Of a stretch of DNA of 64,000 nucleotides, positions 37,186 through 51,630 are shown piece after piece. The notes under the pieces were generated by a model. It was not told the DNA's origin. It ran no database searches and worked only from the letters and a program-made list of their open reading frames with translations. The position numbers and the translations under genes were made by a program. This DNA comes from Blasia pusilla (taxonomy: Eukaryota). The first letter of the stretch is position 1. Each line of letters begins with the position of its first letter. Where the stretch lies: contig CM114271.1 in NCBI GenBank assembly GCA_050084515.1, forward strand, positions 20,398,001-20,462,000, given 5' to 3'.

Positions 37186-37705
37186 CAAGGTTGCATACAA
37201 ACAAAGTCCATGTCCACGGACTTATGTCCCTCTTATGGACAGACAGGTCTGTGCAAGCCCCGGGCCCGCATCCGAGCCGCATCCAATTAAGCCCGCATGC
37301 GAGCCTTCCTAGAGCCCGCACCCATTGCGTGGCCCGTAGCCCGGCATGGGGCGGACTTGGTGGGGCCTCGAGCCTGCCTTGCGGACTTTGGGTGCGGGCT
37401 CAGGGCGGGCCTCAAGCCCGTGCCCGGGGTGCCTGTTTGCCTTAGCCCGCGCCCAGCCCGCCCTAGCCCGTAGTAGGCAATGAGCTGCCCGCCTTAGCCC
37501 TAGACTACCTACCCTAGCCCACGTCCAACCCGCCCCGAGCCCACCATGCGAGCTACGCAACGGGTGCAGGCTCTGTCTAGGTGGCGGGCTTCGAGGCAGG
37601 CTCCGGGCGGGCTCGGGTGCTAGCCGGGCATGTCCGAGGACATGTCTGGACTTTTCCAGATATGTCTGTCCCATGGACGGATTGGTTCGTTTCTGTGCAA
37701 CCTTG
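37186..37705. mobile_element. hAT-type MITE, 520 bp; a further related end lies at 36852
   Basis: TIR CAAGGTTGCA...TGCAACCTTG; 8-bp flanks GGCGCAGC/AGCGCAAC (6 of 8); many GCCCG subterminal motifs. Confidence 0.75.
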
Positions 37706-38699
37706 AGCGCAACCATTTATGACCAACGCAGTAATCTAGTGGGCTTGGTGGAAATTGGCAAGTGGCAAGTGGCCACTACGAGCATCACAATATGGTCATA
37801 ATTGACTCTGAAAGGGACTCTAATCCTACTATGTCTCCATGAGTGGTATATATGGCTAAAAACCATCAACCAATATTATTCAATAGTTTCCAGATTGATC
37901 ATTTGTTGACAAACTTAAATATGACAATGAAGACTGGGTCAATTCATGGTGGTGCATGACATCCACTAACTTCAATGTGGCTGACTCTCAATCAAGTTAG
38001 CCTAGATGCAAGTTGAACCTACGTATCATGAAGTGGAAATATGGTCATCAAATATCTATGTAAAAATTGTGGAAAATCATAGGAACTCCTTTCATGTAAC
38101 CCTTCAAAAACTTTGCCACAAAATTGTATGGATCTCACAATACCACTTCACCCAATTATATTTCTCCATATAACATCTATCCCTATCATCAAATCAGGTC
38201 TTATGGATAAGGTTGGCCATGGCCATAGTTATTGTTTAGCTCATCGCCACTTTTTCTTTTGTTGTTTAGAATCCATTTGTACATTTTTCCACACTCTTTT
38301 TTTGCATTTTTTTCCTTGATTCAAGATCACTAGTTCTACCATTGGTAGCGACCATTATATGATCCATCATCTCGATTCAACCAAAAGTTTGATAGTGCTT
38401 CTACACACATTTTTCCCATAGAAAAATAGCAAGCGTTAAGCCCCTATCCTCACATACACTCACATGAGCCACTTTCTAGAGAACTTGGTCTCCACTCTAA
38501 GCGTTTTTGGCAATTCTTCCATGTGCATTGGTTCAACGGTTCAACCCAAAAATATTCCTAGAAAAAATATAAGATGTAGTATCCCAAGATCCTCAAGGGC
38601 ACTTCTAAGAGCCACTACAAAGTCCATCATTAGGAGAGATCATGGATTCCGTATAGAAAATCCTTGCTCCTACTTTGATTCTAATAGGAGCAAGAGCTC

Positions 38700-39780
38700 A
38701 AGCTGAGTCAAGACTAGTGAAGATGTTTTATGGGAAGTATGTAATTGCCATAAGTTATGCACACCAAGAAGGATGTGCATATAAATGAGACACGTGGGAA
38801 GATGTGCATAGAGTGTCATTCTCTAAATCGATTAACAAAGGTTGATAGATATGGTAAGCAATGCCAAACCGTGATGGGATCTATAAAGATCTTCAATTCA
38901 TTGGATCCCCAAGAAAAATACCATCAACAACATGTCAAATTGGAGGACATGTAGAAGATGAATTTTTTGGGCATCAACTATCATGGAATGGATTATTTGC
39001 ACTAGAGGCGCTTCTTATTGTTTGGGTTGAAGAATGCTCTTGCTATTGGTAGAGTTTCAGAGGACCATGGATAGGATCTTGGCAGGTTTTCATTTTTCTA
39101 GGTGTTGTATGGATAATTTTATTGTCTTTAGAACCATGGGAAGGAACCATAAGTGGCATCTTGCGAAGTGTTTCATCAATCATAGTTACATGGATTTAAG
39201 TTACATAGAAGAAAGTGCAAGTTCTTCATTATTCAAATTAAGTATCTCAATCATATCATATATCAAGGTGGCTTAGCAATTCAATATACGAAGGTGGCAA
39301 CTATTTCATATATGCTATGCCCTCTAGATGTGAGTCTAGTTTGTGCATTCATAAGAGTGGAAAACTTCTATCAATCGCATGTCAAGGGGTTTAGTGCAAT
39401 TGCAAGGCCTGTGACTTTACTAATCAAGATAGATCATGAGTGATATTTAAGGAGATGAGAAGGAGTCTATTGTTTCCCCTTGATTTTTCATCAAGGGTAA
39501 GTGTGGAAGAGGTGATAAGTGTACACATGTCACCAAGGAGATTGCTTGGAGAGAAGGAAGAGGGTATACCTCAAATAGAGAGAGCTTGGACAACTCATTC
39601 TCTCTTTTTTGAACCTTGTTCCATGAGCCGGTAGAGCTCTAGTCCTCCTTGCTTTATGAGTAACCCAAGTCTCTCACCATAAGAGTGGGTTTGGTTTAAG
39701 ATGAAAGAGAGCTATATAGTAAGTGAGATCTGATTTCTGAATTGATTGGGGATATTTTGATACATGATCATGTGTATGTA
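38700..39780 (+). pseudogene. Highly decayed RT/RNase H and terminal-repeat fragments of the same gypsy-like family
   Basis: KKDVH...KMCIECHSLNRLTKVDRY and EFQRTMDRILAGFHFSRCCMDNFIVF align with the RT of elements A and B; 39500-39720 resembles reverse-complement X. Confidence 0.7.
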
Positions 39781-39863
39781 TCATTTCTATGATTGAGCAT
39801 GGTTTCCAACTTGATGAGTTGTATGCACGATGACAAAAACATATCTTTAATAATTATGAGTAT

Positions 39864-40070
<207 letters not shown>

Positions 40071-40559
40071 CAATTCAAAGTCATGGTTATTCGAACCATT
40101 CAATAAATTTATGAATCTTAGGATCCAAGTGCCAAAAATAGGACCCAAGGGATAAGATATCTTATTGAAATCCTTCGTCTGTCGATGTTTGGTAACTATC
40201 TCTAGATGAAAACCCCACAATACCTACTACTTGTTGAGTTTGGAGAAGTCTCAATGGAGATTCATGGAATCAAAATCATGATCATTTTCCTCCAACAGCT
40301 TAATACTATTAAAGAAAATAGTCATAATCATCTATGTACTAGAGCCTTCCAAGCTTCCAATGATAATGTTACCATTGGGGAAAAGAATTGGTACCACAAG
40401 TGCAATTTACGGCTTAACAAGTGGAGCATGTCGATTGATGATTTTCCAATAAGCATTGAAAAAGAATTCAAACTTTTTCGAAATCAAAATGAATGTAATA
40501 TACCCTCTCTTTTGGTGTTGTGAGAACTATATCTTTATTAATGGGAATGAGCACCAAAA

Positions 40560-40902
40560 ACTCATAGCTCTTTCGCCTCATGCCAAGAGGTTGAATGAGC
40601 TCTCAAGCTCTCTCTCCTTGAGGTATACCCGTCCCCTCTCCCAAATTTCCATGGTAACATATTCTCCCAAGTCACCTTCTTGGCTCTTGACCTGATGTAG
40701 GAGTCAACATTTATAAAAAAATATAAATCATATTCAAAATGGTACATTACCTAAAATAGTAAGTTTTCAAATGGCTCCAAAAAAATGAAACCTGCTCTCT
40801 CGGGTTTCCGGGGCCTCAACTGGTCATTCTAAACCTCGTGGGCCTATCCTCCATTAAAGACTCTCTCCGCTAGATCCCACCGATCTATCCCTTGATGTGA
40901 CA
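40560..40902. repeat. Isolated partial X terminal repeat (subfamily-2-like)
   Basis: Homologous to 30020-30398; ends CCGATCTATCC...GATGTGACA. Confidence 0.8.
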
Positions 40903-43900
40903 ACATATCCACCCAATCATTCTCATAAAGGGACTTGGAATGAGGCTACAATGAAGCGTGATAGTGATGGATTCTTACTAGCAAACTTCAAGAAAATGCA
41001 ACCTGAATGGTCTGAACGCGAGAGGAGGTACAATTAAATTGGAAAAAAGGGAGAAAGTATGAAACATTACGTCACCTTCATGAATACCAAGCAATCTACT
41101 AAATTGGTTTCTTGAATATCCACCAAAATTTCAACTAACCTCGATCATGCAATAATTTATTTAGATGTGGGTCTTTCCACTCATAATAAGAGAGAGGAAA
41201 GTTTTCCCGAACCAAAAGAAAGGGCAGATTATTTTAAGTGTCATAACGCGTAAAGTTTAGATTATGAAGAACATATTTTTTCTCCACGTGTAATTATCAC
41301 AAGTACATCTTACTTGATTTTCCACATGTAATCTTATTAACATTCCACCCTCATGGTTGCTAACTTCATCATTTGCAAGTGAGTTTGTTAAGTCCTTGTA
41401 GAGATGTAGGAAGGCCAAGGGAACCTCGTATGAGCTAGAGTACTTATCGAGTTTTCTTTATATGGGCTCTCCTTGCTCAATTCTTGAACAAATTGCAAAT
41501 CAAGGTCCCATAAAGTCCACTTGAAAATAAATCAATACTATCTCTCTCATATGATGTAGAGAAAATTTTATCACATTCCTCCAATACCTTCAACATATGA
41601 TTGAAAATCATCCCAATTGTTTCTACAAATTTTATGAATAGTGTTGGAGTTCCATTACCAAAACTATTATAATTTGACTCACATTACTAATCTATATTAT
41701 AATGGAGAGTGCTTTCTTGATTTGCAAACACTTCTCTCTTTGACACATGACAAAGACAAAACATTAACCTTTGGCTAATGCTTGAAGGTTGAAACAAAAT
41801 CCCACTTAAAAAGAAGAAGCTAGCAAAGATTAAAAAGATTAGAATGAGCATAAAAACCACATGTCATAAAATAAAAATACTCTTCAAACACTTTTTTATT
41901 TCCCATACATTGTACAATTTTTATTTTTTTTTAAATCATATATTTCAACTCAAATTTTGAAGATTATATTTTTTCCAAAGAAAAAAAACATGAAAAGAAA
42001 AAGTAAAAGAAAATTGGGAGGAGGTCTCAATCGTGAAATGCATGCCCCTCCCCTCTTATGGAGCATCGGATGCAAACTAGTCCAATTAAAATAAAATTAA
42101 GAAAAGAAAAAAGCCAACTCTTACGCGAATCGAGGGACGCGTGACTCCGGATGTCATAGTATGTCAGGACGCATACTGCGAGCTCGAATTCACGAATGGA
42201 CCTCCATTGATGATGAAGTGTTTCAAATGAGAGGCCACCCTCCCCTCCCAATTTCCCAGACGCTTGGAGGACCTCCTGCTCCAAATTGGCGAAAAGCTGA
42301 TTCGGCGCTATGTCACCAGATCGAGAGAACTTTTTGACTGGTCACCGAAGTTTATCGAACTTCTTTTTCAAGTGCGGTGAGCGGCCGGCCCCTTCGCCTC
42401 CACTGTCGCTCTTGTGTAGGCGTGTCTAAGTTAATTTACTTGTAAGAGTAGCGCACCCTCCAGCCTACGCACGCAAGAGACCTTGCTTCATGCGCATGGT
42501 GATGATGGGTGGGAGGGATCTGGGCAACTTGTGAGTGAGTGGTTGGAAGACCATCTCAGAGTCTTCTAGTTTGAAACGGTTCTCTCCTCCGGGCACGATT
42601 GGAACTGTGGAAAACTTGGGAATGAATCGTGAACTCTCACCTGAATTGCGAAAGGATCGCGGTGGGAAGGAGTGACTTCAAGGAGTTATGGAGACTCGGT
42701 GCTAAAGTGAAGACATGAGACGACGGCAATTAAGTTAACGACGTTGCACATGATTGATCGGAACTGTTTCAGAAAGAAAATGAAAAGTTTGCGAATCGGC
42801 ACTGGAAATGTGAACCGCCGCTCTCGCCCTGCTCCAAACTCACAAACTTGAGCTCCGCACATCGTTTGGAGACACACTGTCACACCACCGCCATCACTAG
42901 TTTGTTACACCAATCTATACTAGTATTGCAGGAGTGCTTAAGATTTGTGAACACTCCTCCTCGCGAGGCGCTTTCTTGAAATTGACTCACAGCTTCATTC
43001 ATTCACAAGATCAAGGTAATAACTAGCATTATGCAGCCTTTGCATTTTCAATGGAGTTAGCACCCAAAGAACCTAGTAGCAGGGACCGTAACCAGAGAGG
43101 TCGACTTTAGACGGAAGCAAAGGGACGGTTTCAGGATCGGGGAAGAGAAGAGGAAATTTCTGTGAACGTACCTTCAGCAGGACGAGATGGGGTTCCACCC
43201 GAGCAGAAGTAGCGCTCATGGTTCACCGGGGACCTACTTCTAAATGTAAATGATGCACTTCGATAAAAACGTGTGATGGAAAACCCATCGGAAGTACAAA
43301 AGAGGGGGACTCAAAGAGTCAAAACCTGAAGGCCACAACAAGACCAGAAAAGGAAGAAGGGGGCATTCCCCCCAACGACGAAACTCACCAACAGCAGGGA
43401 CCTACTTCCCTAACGTGAGCGACCTCGCAGTTGCATAATTTGAAATTTGAAGAAAGCCAATCGCGGCATCGATTGGTCCGGTGTGTTGACTGGGAAATCG
43501 GTAAACCTTTGAAGTCCTGCCTGTGCTGTGGCACATGTATCGGCATCTCATGACGTTCACGTCAACCTGAAACGTGATGGTGAACGTTTAAGGATCTGGC
43601 GACTCTGGCAACCTTTTTGTACCCTGGTCAACATCCAACTGAGGGGTCAACATAGCCACTACGCGCGAGATGTGACTTTTGAGCTTCCTTTACAGACGAA
43701 TCTGGAGGGCAGCGGAAGGAAAGGAGAAGACTGCTGACTCTGCTTACGACTGGTGTTTAAGGCGGAACAGAGGGATCTTTGATTGGGATTCATGAGGGAC
43801 TGCGTGAGCTGACATGTCCTTAGGGTGCCTGCTCTGGCGTCATGCTCTGTGGTTCTGAGGCGTCACAGGGCTGATCGTACTCAGTGCTACTCACTCGGCT

Positions 43901-45246
43901 ACTGGATTGGTACCAGCTTCGATGGACTGTGCATGTACTACGTGGTTCCCCAGTTCGCAGCGTAAGATTAGTCCTATGATTTGTATGCTCCCGGGTCTAC
44001 TTAGCTTGTGACTATGTGAAGCTGCAGTCGTTTCTCCTTTGGGGATCCAAACTAAACATTTTCCTTTAAAATCATCCATCCGCCTGTGGCACTTCCGACC
44101 ACAGGATGGCTCTGATGGATAGACACGTCGAGGCTGGCCCTAACAAACTCCCGTGTCCCGGACCCTATCTAGCTCGATTAGGCGAGGAAATCGGCTCTTT
44201 AAATACACATCCTTCCCAGGGCTTCCATAATCGAGATGGGCTTGAGGTTTGAGATGGATCCGAATCCAGCATACAGCAACAACTGCGAACGTTACAAGAT
44301 GGGTACAGGTGGTTCTCTCTACACATGTGTGATTCATTCCCACTGTAATCGAGTGAAGGCTTCGGGAATATGAATATGCGTTAGATAAGGCTCCAGAAAG
44401 GATAATAATTACTTCTTGGAATCGAACTGGTGATCTGGCGACTTCGGTTGAACTGAAGACAGCTCTAACTGAACCGTCGTAAGTTTCGGAAGGAGTAAAA
44501 AAAGTGTTTGGAAGCTTTTGGTATGTAAAGGACTAATGTAAGTGTGTAGTCCATGAAAGAAATTAACCATGTACCACACAAATTCAAACGTTTTCTTATT
44601 GCCCAATTATCAACTTAGTTGATCGCATATAAGAATGCACTCTCCCATAAATGCCAATCGAAACCTTACCTCCACCAGTGATTTAATCTCACTTTTAGAC
44701 TTTGCATGCCATGCGATACTTAATACTGAGATTCCTGGTTTCTGATTCAGCCGAGTGAGTCGGACTCATGCGTGCGGCAATAAACAAGATCTTTCTCGCT
44801 ACTACATGAATCCGATGGGCTCCTCATTAGCTCCCAATATTGTACGCACTGTTTCGTTCTAGCTCTGGAAGGTGCTGGGTGTTGGCAGGGTAGACCTGTT
44901 CTAGGAAGCACGATCGGCGTTGTGCTTGATTTGTCTCTCGGCAAAAGTATCATAGCACGAAAAGAGCAAGAAAACCTCATTCCATGAGAATTTCGTTCTC
45001 GTTTCCGTAGTGAAATAATCTAGCCACTAGGTGATTGTCGCCGATTGGGCGGGGCTGTATCTGGTGTCCAATTGCTGAACTTCCAGAAGGTAGCCGGGAA
45101 AGATTGAGTTGCTAGCTGAAACCATCGACGAAACTCCTGATGCTAGAACATAAATTTATTTTCTTGGAAGCAATTGGTGAAGAGACGTCAAACAAATAAT
45201 GTCTAGCACATCCACCGCTTGGGAAATCATTTGAACCTCGGAAGGA

Positions 45247-48200
45247 CTAGCTATCTTCACTCCATAGATTTGCTATCATCTCATCAGGGCCCACGCCTGA
45301 TTTCCCAGGAACGGAGGGGATGATATCCACAGGAGATATGAATTTCACGAATTCCTTGAGCTCTGGATAACTTGAATGCTCACTGTACGGAACATCGTAC
45401 CTGCACATTTGTCCCAAGGCCAGAGTAAGAAATGAAGGAAAATTGAGTGAACCGCACACTAAGCCACAGCTCATATGTAAATCAAGCATATCTTAAAACT
45501 TCTAGTTCGCAAGGTGGTCTTGCAAAGGACGAATTCACCTCACGTTCCGGGAAGCTCTCTGCAGTATCCCGCCAGCAAGCAGTTTGAACCTCACATCGAT
45601 GCTCACAAGCACTCTCCTCATAGACAAGTTTCTGACAGTGAGCTGTGCAATGACTACATAATACCACATAGCTTTGAGTAGATGACAGTATTTGGAATAG
45701 TACCTGATCATGGTTCCTTGTTGACACCTGCGACCGGACGCTTTCTTCTTACCTCGGCCGAAGCTCCAGCCCGTGGGAGAAAAGGCTACTATGAGCTTGT
45801 ATGTTCCCTGTACAATTTAATTTCCAAGTCGCGTTCAATAATGGGTTTAGCGAAATCAACTATACACGCCATAAAGTCAGTCGTATCGCTACTATGCTTC
45901 AAACCCAGCGCACATTGCCGTCTTTATTCTTTCAATCATTTCGTCAAGTTTATCTTGGAACTAATTGCCCTGTGCCGCGGCTAAAGGTTCCGACTAAACT
46001 CAAATTGTTCAAAGGAGACAGTGAGCTTTACTGGTATGCTCCATTTTCTGAGTAATTGGGGAACGGAGGTCAGCCGTTATAATTATGCCATGAGTTCTAT
46101 GAGACCTCACACGTTGGTGAGGAAGTAGCAACAATTGAAATCCATAAAGATTCCTTACACGATAATGCCTGGAGATGGAATTCATTCTCTTGAAGCTAGA
46201 AATGCTCCAAAGTGGGACCACATGGATGTAGCTTTCTCGATCATCACACGTTAGCCATTGCGTATCTTCAGCGGAAAGATCCAAGCAATCCAGCAGTTTC
46301 TTCTTTGCCGCACCAACGTACACCATTTTTTGCAGAACCTTCCCCACTTCCAAGAAAATTCGCTCCTTGCCTGCATGTGCCGAATACCATCGTCACTCGT
46401 TCCATACCTTGCGTGCTTTCACATATCTACTATGCATCGTAAACAAGATGAAGTGGAGAGAAGTACATGGTTCAAGTTGCATACCAATAGTGTAGGTGCC
46501 AATTAGGAACAATGTTTCGCGATTAAAAGCTTCTGCCTGGATTGCTTCGATGACAAACTGTATAACAGATTCCTGCGTGGGAAAGTCATACTGTAACACC
46601 AACTAACCGATGTTACTTTCATGTGGTTATCAATCGAGTTCCAACGACGAAACGAATGTGGAGCGCACTAAAGTGAGAGGGCTGCAGTCTTGATGAATTG
46701 CGTTAGTGAAATATAACACATCGGCGATTATAAACAAAGATACTATTCAAAAGAGTCTTTGGTGATTGGCCAAAATCGGCATAACAAACTTCCACTTTTC
46801 ATGAGACTCTTAAACGCAGGAGACTGGAAAACTGCCCAGAGTCTGTCGCCTTCAATCACATACCATTACATCCTCAATACCCTGACAGAGCCATTATATA
46901 TCTCACACCAGGAGCCACTCAAACGAAAAGACGGGCAGGTGGAAGCTCCCTAGAAGAATCCTAGCAGAGAAAGATCGGCTTCACTAGGAGCCCAAGCTTA
47001 ATACCCTCATCTACCTTAAAGATCTAATAATGACACAAAAACAACACGACACGATACAAAAACTTGGATTGAGAAGGCATTAAAATCCGACCTGTTGATC
47101 GCAGTAAGTTGTGTCAAGAATAAGAGTGTGGATATCGGCGGCCTGAAGCACGTCACTGTTGCCTATGGCCGAGCAAAACCGGAAGTCTCCCGTGTGCAGC
47201 ACTTTCTGAGGATGCCATCGTAATGTCAGTAATGTCTCATTGTCCATTTGGAAGAAAGTACATTCAATGAATAAATGGAGGATCATAATAAGCGGAGTCC
47301 AATGATTGACTGCACTATTAATTACCTCACCATCTGGAGGCTCAAACAAAATCATCACGGAGCCAGGACAGTGATTTGCATCGATGAAAGTCACATCCAC
47401 TCCACATATCTTGTATTTCTCATTTAGTGGCACTATTACAAGCCTATCCCACGAAACCCCTATTCTGAGGTTGACCAGACGCGCCGTAATGGACGAGCAG
47501 TAAATTTGACCATATCGAAAGCCTCTGGTTAGCCCCTGATAATCTGCACAATTGAGAAAGTTACTGGTAACCGCGCTGAAAACCAAAGGTGAAAGGACAA
47601 AAACCCAGTGCACAGCGAAGCATGACTTGTAAAAACATCAGCTATTAAACGACTTTTAGAATGTGGAAAGAAAGTCAAACAATGAAAACTTAAGAAATTT
47701 AATCGTCAGACTTCCACATGGAATCTGCTATTGAAGTAGGAACTTAATGGTTGTAGGTCATAGAATCGCATTGGGAAAAGGAGTTCAAAACGTGAGTTAA
47801 AACCATTAAAGTTTTATGAGTTGGATAAAATTAGTTGTACCCACGTGCAAAGAGAACGCACAGACCCTCCATGGACCTTAGACCAGTGATAATAACCAGT
47901 CTTCGACAACCAAAGATCTCATACACGGTAGAAGGGGTAGCACAAAACTGACAAAGTTAGTAGTCGGGGTAAGTCTTGCAGTGAGTAATCCCAAATATTT
48001 TAGGTGATAGGTATGCCGCAAAATACTAGTTAGTTGGACGTATACTGCACGTTCTGATGGAATAAAAAGGTATAGAAAATCATATAAAACGAATTGTTCT
48101 TCTGGTCACACTGGCGACTGAGAGTAGTGAATCTTACGGTCAGTGTGAAAATGGGTGAGAAACCAGTGGGAGCAATCCCCGCTCAGATGTTGAAACGCAT

Positions 48201-51200
48201 CCTACGAGAGACCAAAGAGCATCTTTACTCAGAATGAGAGTGATATTTCGAGGGCATAACAAGATAAAATGGTATTCCTTAGCACTCAAGCGAAGTGTAA
48301 TCAGCATGAATTCTTTGTACGGCATTCTTATGAAAAAGTCAGATCCAAGTGAGTACTTGGAAGGTTCAAATGTGAAACGAGTGCTCAGCAACCAAATTCT
48401 TACCACTCTGAAAGGTGTGCCGGGAATGCACATCCATGCAGGAATACCCCTGACATTTGGGCGAATAAAACTCCTTGGTTGCCGTGGGTTCAGATGAGAT
48501 CCTGGGCGCTTGCCTCCTCTGTTCTCCCTCACAATATTGGTGGTCATAGGCCTTTCATTCATTCCAGACTCTGGCGCAACGGGAAAGAATTTTGTGATGA
48601 GATTGTGACTGTCATCTCCATTCATTCGCAAGATTTTGCTGTTGTTAGCTTCCATTCCGGGTACGACTCGTCCACTTATTTCTGCAGTCCTCCTTGTGTC
48701 ATCCTCCATTCCAGATGCATGTCGTGACATGAACTCCGTTCTCCCACTTCCTCCGTTCTTCAGCTCTTGTAAAGCGACAAAAATTTTCCTTCTGGGCCCT
48801 AGAGCAGTTACTCCCAACAAGAGCAAGTCCTGGTACAACCTTCTCATCCAAGAACTTTGATGAGTTCCAAATCAAAAATGCACAGATAAAGAGAGAAGCC
48901 AAAAATGTGACTGGGAATACGTCAACATAATGTCCTCTTGAAGGGAGTAACTTAAACCAAATCTAGACAAAGGGACTCAATGAAAAAGTGGATAAGACGT
49001 TGCACCACCAACCATTGTGTCACAAACCCTATTTAAGTTCAAGCACGCATCAAATTGATTGATTAGTTCCACTTCCTAATCAGCAGAAAGTCTACAGGAT
49101 TATGGGCTCATTCCATCTGTGATCCTTGGCATCACAACCGTGGAGCACCTTTCACTAGACTTCCAGGTTCTAGGCTGAGTCACCACAAACAAGAATTTTT
49201 CTTCAGGGAATGTCTAGATTTTCCAAGCAGTAACCAATAAGCATAGCCAAGGATCACACACAGGCTAGACACAACAGCTTTCTGCATGAGTCATCCAAGA
49301 TGGAAATAGAAAGAGTAGCTATCCAACACAAGTGAACTGCTGGTAAGAAATCCTTATGCTCCACCAGAGAGCCATAACAGGCCAAACCAAGGCTGGGAGG
49401 AATGGTAAGCAAGCCTTCCAACCAGTGAAATTAAAAGTGTACTGTCGAACCTCTCAAACTTGTTTTTTGGATGGTACAACAAGCCCTGTGGTTTAAGTCC
49501 ATAAGTTTGGTATGGTGAGGATCATGCAACACACTACTTTGCAAATCCCAGATTACCTCCTCTTTTAGCCACTGTAAAGTATCCCAGTCGATCTCGTGTT
49601 GCATGAACATGTCCACATATCTTGAGAGGTCCAATGTCTCAAGCCATTTCTTCACTTTGTCGCAGCCATCGGACATACTAGCATCCCGGCCAGGCAGTGT
49701 AGTATACTCCTCTGACTTCTGGTCTTTGGTGCATTCCTGCATATCAAGAACCCAGGGAGACTCATTAAAAAAATATGTTGTTTTCTTTGTACTCAATGTC
49801 AAGAAAGATATTAGAACCAAGGAACAGTTGTCTACAGTCCCAGTGCACTCTGCATCCACAGAGTTTATGAAAGCCCTAATCTAATATCAATTGCACCCTA
49901 GGAAAGAAAAAATGAAAGAACCTTGCGAGTAGGCTTGCTATTATCAGACTAACTTTCAACCGTACCTGCAGTTTATCAAGCTTATCCAAGCAGATGTTTG
50001 AATGAGACTCACGCAACTCAACTGCAAGCTCGCTTATGTTATCTCCACAAACTGGACATAATACCGCTGTATCGACCTCTAGATTGTCCAACATTATCTC
50101 GGGTCGCTGATCTGTAAGACCATCTTCTCTATTGTTTGAGTCAACCCTTGGATATTTCTCACTACCAGGTTGCAGTTGTCTACAGGTAGCACCCCCCGCT
50201 ATGTTAGGCTGCGGCCTGCCACCACAGCTAGAGTTTTCGCTGTCATTCTCACCCTCCTTATGATTTTCTCGATCATCACTAATTTTGTGTGCTAGTATCA
50301 CTGGACCTATTGTGGGTTCTTTTCCATTTTCCTGAGTTACATCATCGTCTGCATCTCCACAGCTAAAATGTCTGTTGTGAACTGTTGTCATCATGGACCG
50401 GAATTTCACGTCCTCGCATTGTACTAATGGATTGGGTATGTCCTGCAAGGGTTTGCGAATTTCCTGAGGAAGAGACTCGACCTGTTCTAATTGAGGAACG
50501 CATTGTTGAGTCATCATGCTGCTTATATCATCTGACCAGTCTTCGATGAGATGACTTTCGGCATTCGGGCTACTGGCTACGGGTTCAATGACAGCCGACT
50601 CTGATCCGTGAACGTCAGATTCGTGACCACTTGCCTTCTCAGTTAATTGTGCAGCTTTTTCCAGCACAGCGCAGAAACCTGTGGGAACCGGAGACTTCGA
50701 CACTGCATTCCCTCTCGGGACGTCACCGAAGTCCACCATGCTGTTGATAGGGGACAAACACACTGAAGTTTCCAGGCCCGGAGGATCATGAGTCATGTCA
50801 CCTGCTATGTTGGGATGTTCCATCACACCAGCGTCATGCAATTCTTCCACTCCATCCTCATCACACAGCCGCAATAGAATACTGAATTGTGTCTCGTTAG
50901 CTACCCCAGCTATTTCATGTCTTCCGACGTCCATTACTTCTTCGCTACCAATATCTACGACGAAGAAGTCATCTTCCATTTCATCGAGCGCAGTATGGCT
51001 TGGACGATCGTACTGCCCATTCGAGAGAGTTACACCGGCTCCAGGAGTACTGTTCTCTGGATTCGAACACTCTTCCTCGGCCTTTAGAACGGATGATCTT
51101 TCCTTCGGAGTACTCTGTTCTGACGAAGTTTGCGGCTCTTGGTAGCCTGTTCCTTCAAGCTCTTGGCAGACGTGATGATTTCCGTTTCCAGCGAAATCAC

Positions 51201-51630
51201 CAATTGGCTTCCTCTCAGAGGACGCGAGGGGACAAGTCTGACTACCAGCTTTCTTGGGAGCACTAAGTCTCGAGCCCTCGCAAACACCTCCGGTTAGAAT
51301 GTCACCTCGCTTAAAAATGACAGACCCGTTCGCAGTATTTTTCTTCGTCTTCTTCAGCTCCCTCGCCCTTCTGCTTGCATTCTCATCCTGTTCGTTACGG
51401 TTCTCAAAATTGTTTACAGAGGCAGACTGATCTCCATGAGTCCTCTGCTTCTTCTTCGCGCGCTTCGTTGCAGGCTTTTTCTTTGGCAAATCCCGGAAAT
51501 TTTGGAAGAGAAGTCGCTGGTTGATGTCCACCCGCCGTCTGGAAGGCTTGAAATCGTCGTCACTTACTCCCTCACTTGCCTCCGCCAGAGCAATGGCCAT
51601 GGCCAAATCGAGATCCGTGTCCCCCGCCAT
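45247..51630 (-). CDS. SNM1: SNM1/PSO2 (DCLRE1A-like) DNA cross-link repair metallo-beta-lactamase/beta-CASP nuclease with SAM domain, about 1080 aa
   Basis: Exons read by hand: 49966-51630, 49557-49736, 48404-48829, 48138-48201, 47326-47543, 47092-47205, 46485-46590, 46159-46370, 45704-45807, 45247-45400. All introns are GT-AG and the total of 3243 nt is in frame. Motifs [46 protein letters not shown] ([35 protein letters not shown]); CPVC..H...CLD zinc finger. Confidence 0.93.

Noticed and set aside
35700-38700. Decayed coding-like sequence around the MITE
   Set aside because: Probably TE debris but no assignable motif.
42200-45000. Possible second gene or ncRNA (genic-like GC; GGGACCTACTTC occurs twice near 43228 and 43397)
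   Set aside because: No recognisable protein, consistent exon chain or conserved miRNA/tRNA/snoRNA sequence that I could identify by eye.
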